Source of the DNA: an uncultured bacterium
GTDB lineage: Bacteria > Verrucomicrobiota > Verrucomicrobiia > Limisphaerales > UBA8199
Assembly (NCBI GenBank): GCA_963749495.1
Contig: CAVVMW010000024.1
Span: forward strand, 213,171-277,170
DNA length: 64,000 nucleotides
Direction of reading: 5' to 3'
Below, piece by piece: positions 32,541-42,859 of this stretch. Within the stretch, counting starts at the first letter, position 1, and each line of letters starts with the position of its first letter. The notes under the pieces were generated by a model. It was not told the DNA's origin. It did not search any database and saw only the letters and a program-made list of their open reading frames with translations. The translations under genes and the position numbers were made by a program.

Positions 32541-33035
32541 ATGAGATTCCTGTGCCCTAAGTGCGGAATGCCGGAGGACCCATCGGGCGAGTGCCTCGGG
32601 TGCCACTACCAAGACCCGGAATCTACAGTTGAGCTGAACCTAACCAACCCACGGCCTGACTGGGACGGCGACATCGGAATCAGCCAAATCGTGTGGGCCG
32701 TCGTCATCCTCATCATTGCCACGCTGCTCGGCACGTTCTTCGAGTCCCCAGGCGACTGGATGCCGGTGCTGCTCGGGCTGGGTTTCGCGGTCGGCCTGGT
32801 CCTCGCCCTTTACCTGGCGCTGTGGCTGATCCGCGCCGTCTTTCGCACCACCCACTGGATCGTGCGCCGCGTGTGGCGGGCCGAGCGCACACTCGCCCAA
32901 GCAGAAAAGGAGTCACGGAGATCGGCTGTCCAGCCCGCCTGCGGGCAGCCGGAAGCTCAATGGAGAGCGCGATCAACGCCATCAGGTGGGCGGGGTTCTG
33001 ATGCCCGAACTGACCACTCAGGGCAAGGGCGATGA
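32541..33035 (+). CDS. Hypothetical membrane protein with N-terminal CxxC pair
   Basis: CPKCG..CLGC, two TM helices. Confidence 0.55.
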   Translation: MRFLCPKCGMPEDPSGECLGCHYQDPESTVELNLTNPRPDWDGDIGISQIVWAVVILIIATLLGTFFESPGDWMPVLLGLGFAVGLVLALYLALWLIRAVFRTTHWIVRRVWRAERTLAQAEKESRRSAVQPACGQPEAQWRARSTPSGGRGSDARTDHSGQGR

Positions 33036-33171
33036 GATTGCGCATGACGACCTTCGTGCGCTGCGCCAGAGCGAGGGCCGAACAGGGCAATGGCCCGCAG
33101 CGAGGGCGACCGCCGTGGTCTTTCTGGCCGTCGCCGATCACCGGGTGAGGTGAGGAATTGTCGAGTTTCTT

Positions 33172-33200
33172 TGACTGGAAGGAGTTTACATTTTAGCCTG
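33172..33200 (+). promoter_or_regulatory. Sigma70-type promoter candidate
   Basis: TTGACT-17 bp-TAGCCT. Confidence 0.45.
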
Positions 33201-33232
33201 TTCCGGCAGTGCGTTCATCCACACCATCGGCC

Positions 33233-33949
33233 ATGACCCTGACCGTCAAAGCCATCCTGAGAGAATTTGTGGGCTACGTCGAGAGCGTGGGCTACAGCGG
33301 CGTCCAGGACCCGTCCAGCCCGTTTGAACTGCCGGTGAGTCCGAAGGTGCTGGCGCAACTGGAGGTCGCCCTGTGCGCGGCCTTGGTCCTCAGCGCGTCC
33401 AGCGCCGAAGTAAAATCGAAGTGGATTTCGTTGTTCAACGGCAAGGACCTCACCGGCTGGACCGCTCACGGCAAGGCAACGTGGTCGGTTCAGGATGGTG
33501 TCCTGGTGGGCGTTGGCGGCATGGGCCACATCTACACGGACGCCGCTTGCTCCGATTTCGAGGCCAAGGGCATGTTCCGCGTCACCAGCCAGGGGGCGAT
33601 CCCCAACAGCGGGTTCTATTTTCGCGCCAACCCGCCAGCGGACAACCCGAACGCCTTTCCTCGGGGTTACGAGGCCCAGATTTGCAATCACGGCGACGGC
33701 TACACCGGCTGGCTCTGGAAGCCGGGCACGCCGACCGGGAAGGCGACGGAACTGCTCACCAGGGACGGCGAATGGTTCAGCTATCGCATCCGGGCTGTGG
33801 GCACCCACATCCAGTTCTGGATCAACGACAAACTGGTGATGACGTATGACGATGCCGAATACAAGAGCGGCCACTTTGCGATCCAGGGGCACAACCCCGG
33901 CATGAAGGTCGAGGCCAAGGAGTTGTATTACAGGGACCTGAGCAAGTAG
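33233..33949 (+). CDS. DUF1080 (3-keto-disaccharide hydrolase-like) protein with an atypical N-terminus
   Basis: WISLFNGKDLTGW, NSGFYFR, GYEAQI, GHFAIQGH. Confidence 0.85.
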   Translation: MTLTVKAILREFVGYVESVGYSGVQDPSSPFELPVSPKVLAQLEVALCAALVLSASSAEVKSKWISLFNGKDLTGWTAHGKATWSVQDGVLVGVGGMGHIYTDAACSDFEAKGMFRVTSQGAIPNSGFYFRANPPADNPNAFPRGYEAQICNHGDGYTGWLWKPGTPTGKATELLTRDGEWFSYRIRAVGTHIQFWINDKLVMTYDDAEYKSGHFAIQGHNPGMKVEAKELYYRDLSK

Positions 33950-34116
33950 GCCCAGGCTGACCGCCCAGGACCTCTGGGTCCAGGACGCCAAGTCTGACCT
34001 CCCGTTTCGGACGGAGGCGCTCAACAGCACCCGTGAAACGACCGGATCTGGCTCGAAGGGGGCCATCCCCTGAATCGCGGGTAGAGTTGGCGGAGATCCG
34101 CAGAAGTAATTACGGC

Positions 34117-34641
34117 ATGACCTGTGCGGAACGGATAATTCAGTTCTTACTGGACGACAAACAGACACGTCCAGCGGCTATGACGGGAGCGCAACGTGTG
34201 GACCACTTGGCTGAAACCCAAATATACAAGGACGAATGGGAAGCCGAAGCGAGCGTGCCCCGTTCCGGCTGGCGCGATTGGCGCGTCGCGGGAGTCCAGT
34301 TCTCGGCCTTCCATAAAGAAGGCACCCCATTTGCCCTGCCGTTCCGCCCGGACGACTACCGGTGGGCCGGACCGTTCACGTTGAGACTCCCCGCCGAGCA
34401 TGTGGAATCGGCCCGGCAGGGTTTTCGGCGGGCGCACTACCAGCGGGGCGTCAGGAAATACGCCAACATGCTGGCCAGAGGGATCAAACCGCCGCCCGTA
34501 GTCCTCCTGTATCATGACGCGTGGGGTTGGACAATGCAGGACGGCAATCACCGGTATGAGGCGCTGGCCAAGGCCGGGGCGACTACCTACGACGCTTTCC
34601 TCGGCAGGCCCAAGAGAAAGCAGGCGTTCGATTCGTTCTAA
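34117..34641 (+). CDS. ParB/Srx-like domain protein
   Basis: PPVVL..QDGNHRYEAL. Confidence 0.6.
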   Translation: MTCAERIIQFLLDDKQTRPAAMTGAQRVDHLAETQIYKDEWEAEASVPRSGWRDWRVAGVQFSAFHKEGTPFALPFRPDDYRWAGPFTLRLPAEHVESARQGFRRAHYQRGVRKYANMLARGIKPPPVVLLYHDAWGWTMQDGNHRYEALAKAGATTYDAFLGRPKRKQAFDSF

Positions 34642-34681
34642 TCGTCTCCGAGTCGCCAGGCCCACGCGGGAGGAGATCAAT

Positions 34682-35179
34682 TCAATTACGGCTCCGGCGC
34701 AGCCAGGGCCGGATCAAAAATGAGAACGGCTCGGTCCTTTTCTCCTGCTTGAGCAACAACCCCGGTTTGCCCAGAGGCCAGAGGAACGAGAGCCGGAAGT
34801 AGGCCCCGCTGCGGGTCACGCCGACACAATCGCTCTTGATTGGCTTTCCGAGGTCCTTGGCGATCTGTCGGATCTCGGACTTGAGCTGTGGAACAAGGAG
34901 ATCGGGAGCGGAGGCATGGGCTTTTGGAACCGGCTTGGTCACGAGCAAATAAGTCTGCACGGCTAGGCTGCCGCGAAGTCGAATCTCCCAAACCGGGTGG
35001 TGCGGCAATCGTTCAATCGAGATCACGTAGAAACCGATCTCGCGCAGGCGGTCTCGCCACAGTTCATGGAAATGAAAGCGGCCAGAATGGTAATACGCCC
35101 CGCACCGCCTCATGATTTGTTCGAGGAGTTTGTCCCTCGGCGGCTGAGAGGAAGCGAGTGCTTTGAACGTCAATTTCAT
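34682..35179 (-). CDS. Hypothetical protein
   Basis: ORF in the minus-strand gene run, GAGG upstream. Confidence 0.5.
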   Translation of the reverse strand: MKLTFKALASSQPPRDKLLEQIMRRCGAYYHSGRFHFHELWRDRLREIGFYVISIERLPHHPVWEIRLRGSLAVQTYLLVTKPVPKAHASAPDLLVPQLKSEIRQIAKDLGKPIKSDCVGVTRSGAYFRLSFLWPLGKPGLLLKQEKRTEPFSFLIRPWLRRSRN

Positions 35180-35192
35180 GGTGCCTCGGTGC

Positions 35193-35432
35193 TCAGTTTC
35201 CGCCAAGCCTCTTGCTGCAAGCGTCGCACAGGCCCTTCGTCGGCGAGTCCCTCCAGATGGGCACCGCCGCCCTCGGCAGAAGAATGCCACGGGCCACGAG
35301 CCTGCCGGTGCAGCGTGCGCAGTATCTCCAGCCGCCGATCTGAAAGCCCGCCAACTCGGGATTGCCCGCTGCCGGTTCCGGGCAGTGCTCCAGCCATTCT
35401 TTTACGTTGTCAGGGCTGAAATCGATGCTCAT
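35193..35432 (-). CDS. Small Cys-rich (CxxC..CxxC) protein
   Basis: YCARC, LCDAC; tight spacing in the run. Confidence 0.55.
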   Translation of the reverse strand: MSIDFSPDNVKEWLEHCPEPAAGNPELAGFQIGGWRYCARCTGRLVARGILLPRAAVPIWRDSPTKGLCDACSKRLGGN

Positions 35433-35439
35433 CTCGCGC

Positions 35440-36564
35440 TTACTCTTTTCCGCCGATCAGAACCGGCTCAAGCCAGAGGCGCTTATGGCAGCGCAGGAAT
35501 CTCTCGCGGACATCCGGGGCAACCTGCTCCCAGTCAATACCGCCGTTGTCGGTCCGGGGGAGCACACTGGCAGGAATGAACCCGTCAGCCGTGCGCGGCC
35601 CAGTCACCTGCCAGGTCACGTGGCCTCTGCGGATGTGGAGGCGCGGCGAGGCGTGAGTTCCGGTGCGCTCCCGCGCCATCCGGTAGCCTCGCCCGATGAA
35701 ATTGGCGCTCCAGAGTTCCCGCTTTACGACCTTGCCGGGCTTGACCCGCTCAGCCCGTCCTTCGGTGCCACGACTGATCAGGGACGGCTGCACGTTCAAC
35801 ACCACCAGGAGCTTGAGCATCAAAGCCGAGACGCGCTCGGTGAGTTCCTTGTCAGCGTTGACCTTGCCAGGCTGCTCGCCCATGAAATCGGTGTAGGCGT
35901 AATCGAAGAGCGCCTGAGCCAGCTTGTCCTTCGTCAGGTAGGCTGAAACGAAGCACTCCGGCCTCCCGCCGCTCCAGGCGTGGTAAAACCATCCGATCTT
36001 GCTGCGGCCCTCCGGCACTTCGATGACCGGCATCCCTGGCAAGCCCCTGGGCCGATAAGCGCCCGCTGGGCAGTTGGCCGCATACACGTAACAAAGCTCG
36101 CGGTCCGTGTATTCGCGCATGAACCGGGACGGCCAGCCGATGACCATGCCCTCTTGCGGCCAGTGGAGGTCGCCGAACGTGAAGTCGTCGGGCAGTTGAG
36201 TGGCGGCGACCGCACGCGCAAATTCCTCATCCACGAAGTAAACAGGGACATGGTGCTCCAGCACCCGGTAAGCGAAAGTGGAACCTGTGACCTCGGTCGG
36301 CAGGACCTCGCCATCTGCCGCCGCGAGCCTGGCCTGCGTGAGGAGCACATAAAGCCCAGCGGCGGCGCATTTCGTGGAATGGAAGCCTTCGGGGGTCATG
36401 ACCCTGCGCGGCTCGAACAGCGCCCGCCTCGCCTCGTCCTGGGCCAAGTGGCGGTCATAAACGCCGCCCAGGAATTGGGCCAGTGTGGACCAGATCATCC
36501 GGGGATGGGGTAGCGGCTCGCGCTCAGGGCTTGGTGCCGCCGTAAGAGGTCGGATGTTGTCCAT
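35440..36564 (-). CDS. Phage-type 'SPRxHxRRGH' protein, copy 1 (diverged, intact)
   Basis: Homologous to the 60258-61453 copy; ends HASPRLHIRRGH...WLEPVLIG. Confidence 0.75.
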   Translation of the reverse strand: MDNIRPLTAAPSPEREPLPHPRMIWSTLAQFLGGVYDRHLAQDEARRALFEPRRVMTPEGFHSTKCAAAGLYVLLTQARLAAADGEVLPTEVTGSTFAYRVLEHHVPVYFVDEEFARAVAATQLPDDFTFGDLHWPQEGMVIGWPSRFMREYTDRELCYVYAANCPAGAYRPRGLPGMPVIEVPEGRSKIGWFYHAWSGGRPECFVSAYLTKDKLAQALFDYAYTDFMGEQPGKVNADKELTERVSALMLKLLVVLNVQPSLISRGTEGRAERVKPGKVVKRELWSANFIGRGYRMARERTGTHASPRLHIRRGHVTWQVTGPRTADGFIPASVLPRTDNGGIDWEQVAPDVRERFLRCHKRLWLEPVLIGGKE

Positions 36565-36577
36565 ACGCGTCCTGGAT

Positions 36578-37399
36578 TTATGCGAACTGGAAGCCAGTGA
36601 CCTCCGCCAGTGGCAAACCGGATTCAGCCTCATTGGCATCGAACGGATACCGGCGACAGCCCAGCGCCCGAACGAGGTCACCCCCTGCCGCCAGGGCTGC
36701 CTCAACCTCATCGAGCACGACGTATTCGCGTGGGCTGTGTGCGTTATAGTAGCCGCAAGGGAGGTTCAGGCATGAAACGCCGAAACGCCGCCTGAGCGCC
36801 ACTACGTCCGTGGCGGTATGCCGGTGCCAGCGGTTCAACCCATGGCTGGCCAGGATCGGCGCGGCCTCGCGGATGAACTCACCATGATCGGCAAAGAGCT
36901 GGATGCCGCCGCACGTGTATGATGACGCACCGCCAGGACTGTCGAATTCGATGACGTAGCCTACATCGCGGAACCATTCGGCGGGCGCGTGGTAGGCCCC
37001 ATGGCACCCGACTTCCTCAGCCGCGAATAGCGCGGCGTCAATGTTGTCGAACCGCTCCAGTAGTTCCAGACAGATGAAGACGCCCGCCTTATCATCCGCG
37101 CCGATCCCAGCCCGCTGGCCGTGCTCGTCCACGCCAAGAAGAACACCGTCCTGCTCGACGATCTTGACTGGCCGGAGAGGATGGACCGTGTCCAGGTGGG
37201 CTGCGACGCACGGCAGGTAGGGCGCGTGCCCCTTGCGGATGAAGACGTTGTTGTTGCAGTCCTCCACGATGCGGGTGCTGCGCAGAGCCGCACCGTGCCG
37301 GGCCAAATGGTTCACCAGGAATCTCACCATCCGGTCTTCCCGCCCGGAGCATGTCGGAATGGCCAGGATTTCTTTCAAGAGGTCAACGCGCATAATCAA
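36578..37399 (-). CDS. M20/M28-like zinc peptidase
   Basis: AHLDTVH, GADDKAG, AEEVG, GYYNAHSPRE. Confidence 0.8.
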   Translation of the reverse strand: MIMRVDLLKEILAIPTCSGREDRMVRFLVNHLARHGAALRSTRIVEDCNNNVFIRKGHAPYLPCVAAHLDTVHPLRPVKIVEQDGVLLGVDEHGQRAGIGADDKAGVFICLELLERFDNIDAALFAAEEVGCHGAYHAPAEWFRDVGYVIEFDSPGGASSYTCGGIQLFADHGEFIREAAPILASHGLNRWHRHTATDVVALRRRFGVSCLNLPCGYYNAHSPREYVVLDEVEAALAAGGDLVRALGCRRYPFDANEAESGLPLAEVTGFQFA

Positions 37400-37965
37400 A
37401 GAGCGGCCAGCAGCTTAGCGATCTTCCCCGCAAGGTCCGGGCTGACCTCGATTTCGAGTTTGAGCGATTCACAGAGGGGCTTGGCGGTCAGCCTGAACTT
37501 GCCCTCGCGCTCAATGGAGAGCGGGCGCGGTTCGCCAGTCCGCTCGTCGCACAAGACGCGCTCACCGAAGGGCGCGGCGACCTGGGTGAGGGCCATGACG
37601 CGCTTGGCGTTGGTGTCGTCCCATTGGGCCTTTCTGGCAGCGCAGGCAGCGGCCTCCCTCTCGTATTCCGGGAGCAGCCTGCGCCGGACATCCGCCGCGA
37701 TGCGCTTCGCGTCTTTGGAATTGGATACGTTGATGCTGGTCTTGGGTGCTTGCCCGTCCCGGTAGTATGGCCGGTGCTCACGGAGGACTTCGGCCACGCT
37801 GGCAGAGATGCGCAACTGGCCTTTATCCCGCGCCGCCTGGAAAAACAACCTGCCGCCATCGGGCAGATCGAAAACCCGCGCCCAATGGTCCTCGAAACCC
37901 GTGGCCGCCGTGAGTTTCAGTTCCCCCGCCACGGCATCCGCCAGTGCGCGTTGTTCCGGTGTCAT
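37396..37965 (-). CDS. Hypothetical protein
   Basis: MTPEQRAL...; stop overlaps the next start. Confidence 0.55.
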   Translation of the reverse strand: MTPEQRALADAVAGELKLTAATGFEDHWARVFDLPDGGRLFFQAARDKGQLRISASVAEVLREHRPYYRDGQAPKTSINVSNSKDAKRIAADVRRRLLPEYEREAAACAARKAQWDDTNAKRVMALTQVAAPFGERVLCDERTGEPRPLSIEREGKFRLTAKPLCESLKLEIEVSPDLAGKIAKLLAAL

Positions 37966-38202
37966 ACGCCCTGGCCTTTGTCGGCGTCCGCCGCAACGAT
38001 GGCCTGATACGACTGGGCGAGCACCGTGCCGGTCGCTGATACACCCAAGATTCTGGTCATCCGGCCAGGTTACACGCGCACCGGTCTCGACCGGAATTGG
38101 TGCAAATTTTCCTCGACAACATCCGGGCGGGGACGGGGGCACACCCGCGCCATTCAGCGTCCTGGCCGGGCCAGGATGGCAGAGGCCGCGCCTTGCTCCG
38201 GC

Positions 38203-38591
38203 TCAAAGGCGGTAGTCTGCTTCCACGGGTTGAAAGCCTGCGCAACTTTCCCAGTCTTCAATCCGCGCCAACCTGATCGGCCTGCCAAAGGTCCGGTCGA
38301 ACAACTCTTTGCCCTGAGCGGTGATGAGCGCCGCGCCGATGGTGCGTGCGCCATGGCCTCGCGCCCATTCCGCGATGCGCCTGAGCAAAGCGGAGCCGAT
38401 TCCACGGCGTTGCCAGTCACTTCGATCCCGAAGACCTCACATGCCCCGTTTCGCACATAGCCCGACGCCCGGCCCGTTTCGTGCCCATTGACATTCGCCA
38501 GCGCGGTGAATCGGTTCTCGGGTTCCTCGATTACGGATACGCGAATCTCATCCTGTTCGAGCAGGAGTTCTATCAGCTCATGAGCGTTCAC
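38203..38591 (-). pseudogene. GNAT acetyltransferase, frameshifted near 38415
   Basis: ..FGIEV then, in the shifted frame, WQRRGIGSALL (motif A). Confidence 0.65.
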
Positions 38592-38805
38592 ACATTTAAT
38601 TAGCGATCCTTGGCGGACTATTCCACGGTCTGGTTGAACACCAGCGCGTTGGGGCCGCTGTTGTGAACGCCTTGGCGTCGAGCCGACCGGGATGTAAGGC
38701 TGCTTCCGCATGGTTGGAGCATGGGCTGCCAGGCCAGCACTGCAAGTGATGCGGCAAACCGGCCACAGGGTCGGCCCATTCCTTTTCTTCGCCCTCACCG
38801 GTTGT

Positions 38806-40221
38806 CTAAAACGACTCGACCGTAACGCGGCGGGGGTAAATCAGCCGGACGATGGACTTGACCAGGGCTTTCTCGAATGAGATCGAGCCGTCCGCCTCCC
38901 CGCTGGACAGGTGGACATATTCCTCCACCAGCGCCTCGGCAATCTGCTCCGTGCTGGCCGTGCTGACGAAATCCTCCAGGAGCAGGACCTCGTTCTTCTC
39001 CCGCACCGCGAAGGCACCGGCCTCCATCCGGTCGTTGGCCAGCTTGGGCTTGGAGACGCGCACCTTGCAGCCGGGCGGCTTCAACTTGCGCGTGATGCGC
39101 AGGGCCAGCTTCAGGCGCTCGGCGGACTCGGTTGCGATTTCGCGCACCGGGGCCAGGCGGGCGGCGACGGCGGGCAATACGCCCTCGGCCTCCACCAGGC
39201 GCTCCGAATACAGGAGAATGCTCTTGGTGTAGTAAGGGACCGGCGCGACCGCATAACCGGCAGCGCGGGCAAAGTAGTGCTTGGGCGAGTCGGGGTTGGT
39301 CTCGGTCGTGAAGGCGATCCTGGGGCCGTATTTCTCCTCCAGGACGGCCTCCAGCTTCGCCATCTTGAATCCGCCTGGGTTGCGGTTGCTGTGGTCGATG
39401 AGGCAATAGACCCCGTGCTGGAGATTGGCCACGTCTGCCGGAAGATTCTCGTGCTCGCCGGTGTTCACGATGCTCGTGTAAAACTCGGAGGGCAGGTCCG
39501 GGCAGGTCCTCACGATCTTCTTGAACAGGTCATCCACGTTTAGGCTGCGGAGTTGGCGGTCCTCGGAAGGGTTGTCGCGCTGGATTAAGCCCGTCACGTC
39601 GTAGGCCCAGCGCCAGCCTTCGCCGGGATAGACGTTGAACCCGTGGTAATACAGGCCCGCGCACCCGTCCGCATCATAGATGATCTCCGGGTGCCTCGGG
39701 TGAAGCCATTTGTGGCGCTCGGTCCACGCGTCGAGCAGCGGCGGCGTCAGGGCCAGCAGCATTTGGGTGCCGCCGTCCGGGTGATGGCCGTCGTCCTCGA
39801 CCACCTTCCAGCCCCCGCCCTCATCCAGCGCGTTCTGCACCAACTCGCGCAGGGCGAACCAGGGTTCAGTCCAGGTGTCGGCCCCGGCCTGGTCGGTGAT
39901 GTGCGTCTCGATCCGGCTGGGCTGGCCAGCGGCGGTGCCCTCCAGCCGGATAATCCGGTGCTCGTGCCCCCGGATGATTTCGGTCACGGCCACGCTCTTG
40001 AGGTCATGCGGCCCGACGCGCACGAGCAGGTGACTGCCCAGCCGGTGGATGAGCGCCAATGCGAACTTCATGCCGCTGCCCTTGTGGCCGATCTTGGTGC
40101 CGTCCCGCTTGGTGGTCAGGCCCAGCGTAAACAATTCGCGCAGGTCAAGCTCGGTGGGTGTATGGACGAGGAGGTAGTTGGGCTTCGGATTATCCGGGGA
40201 CGGTTCAGTCGATGTTCGCAT
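38806..40221 (-). CDS. GHKL/HATPase-like ATP-binding protein of phage type
   Basis: GLTTKRDGTKIGHKGSGMKFA and ALRELVQNALDEG motifs. Confidence 0.65.
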   Translation of the reverse strand: MRTSTEPSPDNPKPNYLLVHTPTELDLRELFTLGLTTKRDGTKIGHKGSGMKFALALIHRLGSHLLVRVGPHDLKSVAVTEIIRGHEHRIIRLEGTAAGQPSRIETHITDQAGADTWTEPWFALRELVQNALDEGGGWKVVEDDGHHPDGGTQMLLALTPPLLDAWTERHKWLHPRHPEIIYDADGCAGLYYHGFNVYPGEGWRWAYDVTGLIQRDNPSEDRQLRSLNVDDLFKKIVRTCPDLPSEFYTSIVNTGEHENLPADVANLQHGVYCLIDHSNRNPGGFKMAKLEAVLEEKYGPRIAFTTETNPDSPKHYFARAAGYAVAPVPYYTKSILLYSERLVEAEGVLPAVAARLAPVREIATESAERLKLALRITRKLKPPGCKVRVSKPKLANDRMEAGAFAVREKNEVLLLEDFVSTASTEQIAEALVEEYVHLSSGEADGSISFEKALVKSIVRLIYPRRVTVESF

Positions 40222-40460
40222 AAGCCAGCCAGTTTGGCACGTCCGAGGCGCGAAGCGGAATTGGTGCAGAGCCACCGGTCACCCTGGCGACAGGCTGCAC
40301 CCCTCATCCTGGTTGGCGGCACGATGATCGCCCGCAACCCCACCGTCGCGTTTACGCCGCCCTTGCTTGTGCGAGGGTGGTGGGCCAAGTTGTGCCGGAG
40401 TCCATTGACCTGCGGAACGTTTGATGAAATCAGAACAACCTGGCGGCTCCAGGCCACGCT

Positions 40461-40871
40461 ATGACTCACGACAATGCACAACAGATCGTGGCGCTCCTTA
40501 ACGCACAAAACCAACTCACGGTCGAATATGATGCCGCAAAGGTGTTGGAAAGCGCCGATAATTACATCTACCGCCTGGGCGAGGACTCGTGTGTTGTCGG
40601 TGTGGTAGAGGTCAAAATGGTTCAGTGGTATCAGTGCGAGATCGATCATCTCTCAGTCGCCGTGAAGCGTAGGGGCACAGGTTCGTGGCTCCTTGCTGAG
40701 GCACTCGCCAAGGCAGTGCATCTCGGGGCACGAATTGCCCAATGCACGATTCGCATCGGAAATCGGGAGAGCGAAGGTTTGTTCACAAAGCATGGATTCA
40801 CGCGGACAGTCACATTCCTGAACCGAATTAGCGGCAATCAGGTTGCTGTTTATCAGAAGGCGCTCGTCTGA
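40461..40871 (+). CDS. GNAT acetyltransferase
   Basis: KRRGTGSWLL, NRESEGLFTKHGF. Confidence 0.8.
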   Translation: MTHDNAQQIVALLNAQNQLTVEYDAAKVLESADNYIYRLGEDSCVVGVVEVKMVQWYQCEIDHLSVAVKRRGTGSWLLAEALAKAVHLGARIAQCTIRIGNRESEGLFTKHGFTRTVTFLNRISGNQVAVYQKALV

Positions 40872-40889
40872 CGGCCCTACTCGCGGTCA

Positions 40890-41292
40890 CCCCTCCAGCA
40901 AGCCCCACCAACACCGGCTCGATCCACAGGGGCTTCCGCAACGACCACTCCGGCCCGTGCGGCTGGCTCCGCACATGCCCCCGACGCCAATGGACCCTTG
41001 GGCTGGCGTGGGTGCCGCCGCCAGGCTCGCGGTCGTCCCGGATCGCGTGATAACCCCGGCCAATCAGGTTGGGCAACCACAGCTCGCAGTGCTTCACGCG
41101 CCCGTGCTTTATCTTCTGCGGTCGGACGCAGTCCCCGGCCTCAACCAACTGCGGGCGCGTGTTCAGAATCACCAGCAGCTTGAGCATCAGGGCCGAGAGC
41201 CGGTCGGTGACCTGCTGGTCCGTGGCGATGCCTGCCTCGTCGTTGACGCCGGTGTAGTCCGTGTAAGCGTAGTTGGAGATCGCCTCGTCCAA
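40890..41292 (-). pseudogene. 'SPRxHxRRGH' protein C-terminal fragment (copy 2)
   Basis: DNA near-identical to 60425-60808. Confidence 0.8.
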
Positions 41293-41378
41293 GCGCCTGG
41301 CGTGGGTTCATAATGTTACGGCTTCCGTGGCTTCGGTTGGGCTTGGCTGACCGCCCGGCGCGGGATACGCTACGCCGC

Positions 41379-41858
41379 ATGAAAACGCCGCGACGTATCG
41401 GCATCGCCTTGACGCTCGCTACGCTCTTGCTGGCGCTCCTCGTGTTGATTGTGTTGCCCTCTCGCCAGCCACAGGGGGTCTGCGTTTTGGATCGGCGGCT
41501 CCGCGTTGTGGGGTGCTATGGGTTCACGAACCAGATTTTTGCCTACCGCGTGGGTTGGCAAATGGAAATGGGCAATTTTGCTCCTGGCTATAATTGCCTT
41601 GCGCTGGTGTTTACCTGGAAGGGCGACGCCCCCCAAGCACTTGAACTGATTGACGCTTCGGGCCAGCATCATTCGGTGACGCACAGCACGCAAAGGAGGT
41701 TCCTGGCAGTAGGCCCGCGCTTCCAGACTGCCCTGTGGGTCTTCCCCGTCGCATCTCAGGCTCCTTATTACATCTACTCGCCCGCATTGAAGGCGAACTT
41801 GGCCCAAGTGAATCCCCGATGGCAGAGAGACGAGCATCCTCCGCTGGACTGGCAGTAG
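41379..41858 (+). CDS. Hypothetical N-terminally anchored protein
   Basis: TM segment; TTGGCT-17-TACGCT lies 7 nt before the ATG. Confidence 0.55.
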   Translation: MKTPRRIGIALTLATLLLALLVLIVLPSRQPQGVCVLDRRLRVVGCYGFTNQIFAYRVGWQMEMGNFAPGYNCLALVFTWKGDAPQALELIDASGQHHSVTHSTQRRFLAVGPRFQTALWVFPVASQAPYYIYSPALKANLAQVNPRWQRDEHPPLDWQ

Positions 41859-41995
41859 GAGAAGTTCATCAAGCAAAAGGCGATGCAATCGTCGCCGGTC
41901 TGGATGTCGCAGTCGGCAATCTGCACTGGTGCAGGCTGCGCCGTCCGCTTGACTGGGGCGTTGGAACGCGCTCAATCCGGCCAGCCAATCGAGTT

Positions 41996-42574
41996 TTATG
42001 GGCCAGTGCCCTGCGTCAACGCGAACAGCTTCCTCAGCGCCTGGCGCTCCGCTGGCGTCCAGGCCAAAGCGTAAACGGCGGCGATTTCGACCCGGCTCAA
42101 CGCCCAGTTTGCTGGACCGTCCGAGTCCGCCTCTTTGATTTCGCCCGCCGTCCATTCGCGCCAGATGCTCCTGAGAGCAGGGTGACGGCGCAGTTTAGCA
42201 AAAGCCCGTTTTTCAATTTCGCGGACGCTGCGTTCAGAAATTCGCATAATCGTGGCGACCTCCTTCTGACTGAGAAGACCCAGCTCGCGTTCCGCGCTGC
42301 CGCGCCGGACCCGGATCGTCGGCTTGCGCGGCGGAGCAGGTTGCGCGGCCCGCCTGCGCCTTGCAGCGGTTTCCCACTCCTGGGCAAGGGACAGTGCCGC
42401 TTCCCGGTCCCGCAGGCCGGTAGTTCGCCAAACCTGCCTTCCAGTCTCGTCGCGGAAAGCGGCGACCCACCTGGTGCCGCGATGAGGCCGATGCAAGCTG
42501 ACCTCGATTAAGGCTTCGATGTCCACTGGCCCGTCGCTCTGGAGCAGGATTTCGACTATTTCGTGCGGTTCCAT
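41996..42574 (-). CDS. Sigma70 region-4-like HTH protein with an integrase-arm-like N-terminal domain
   Basis: LSQKEVATIMRISERSVREIEKRAFAKLR; WVAAFRDETGRQVWRTTG..DREAA. Confidence 0.65.
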   Translation of the reverse strand: MEPHEIVEILLQSDGPVDIEALIEVSLHRPHRGTRWVAAFRDETGRQVWRTTGLRDREAALSLAQEWETAARRRRAAQPAPPRKPTIRVRRGSAERELGLLSQKEVATIMRISERSVREIEKRAFAKLRRHPALRSIWREWTAGEIKEADSDGPANWALSRVEIAAVYALAWTPAERQALRKLFALTQGTGP

Positions 42575-42859
42575 ACGCCTAACTACACTAGGCCAGAGCC
42601 GAGACGTGATCACCGACCAGAAGTGCGCTGACCGGCGCTGGCGAACCAGGGTGGAGAGGGCTTTTCCGGCGTGGGCACGGACTGAGAGGCCCGGCGCTGG
42701 AGTGCAACACCGGTCAGGCGAGGCCGGGAACGACCAGGGTGCCATCTCTTTGGCCCGCGTGGTGGTCGGATGGAGCGCAAGCGAGCTTTTGCTGGTCCTG
42801 GCGACAGGATTTGACTTGCACAGGACCGCGAGCAGCTTACGTTCGGTTTCATCCGCTCC

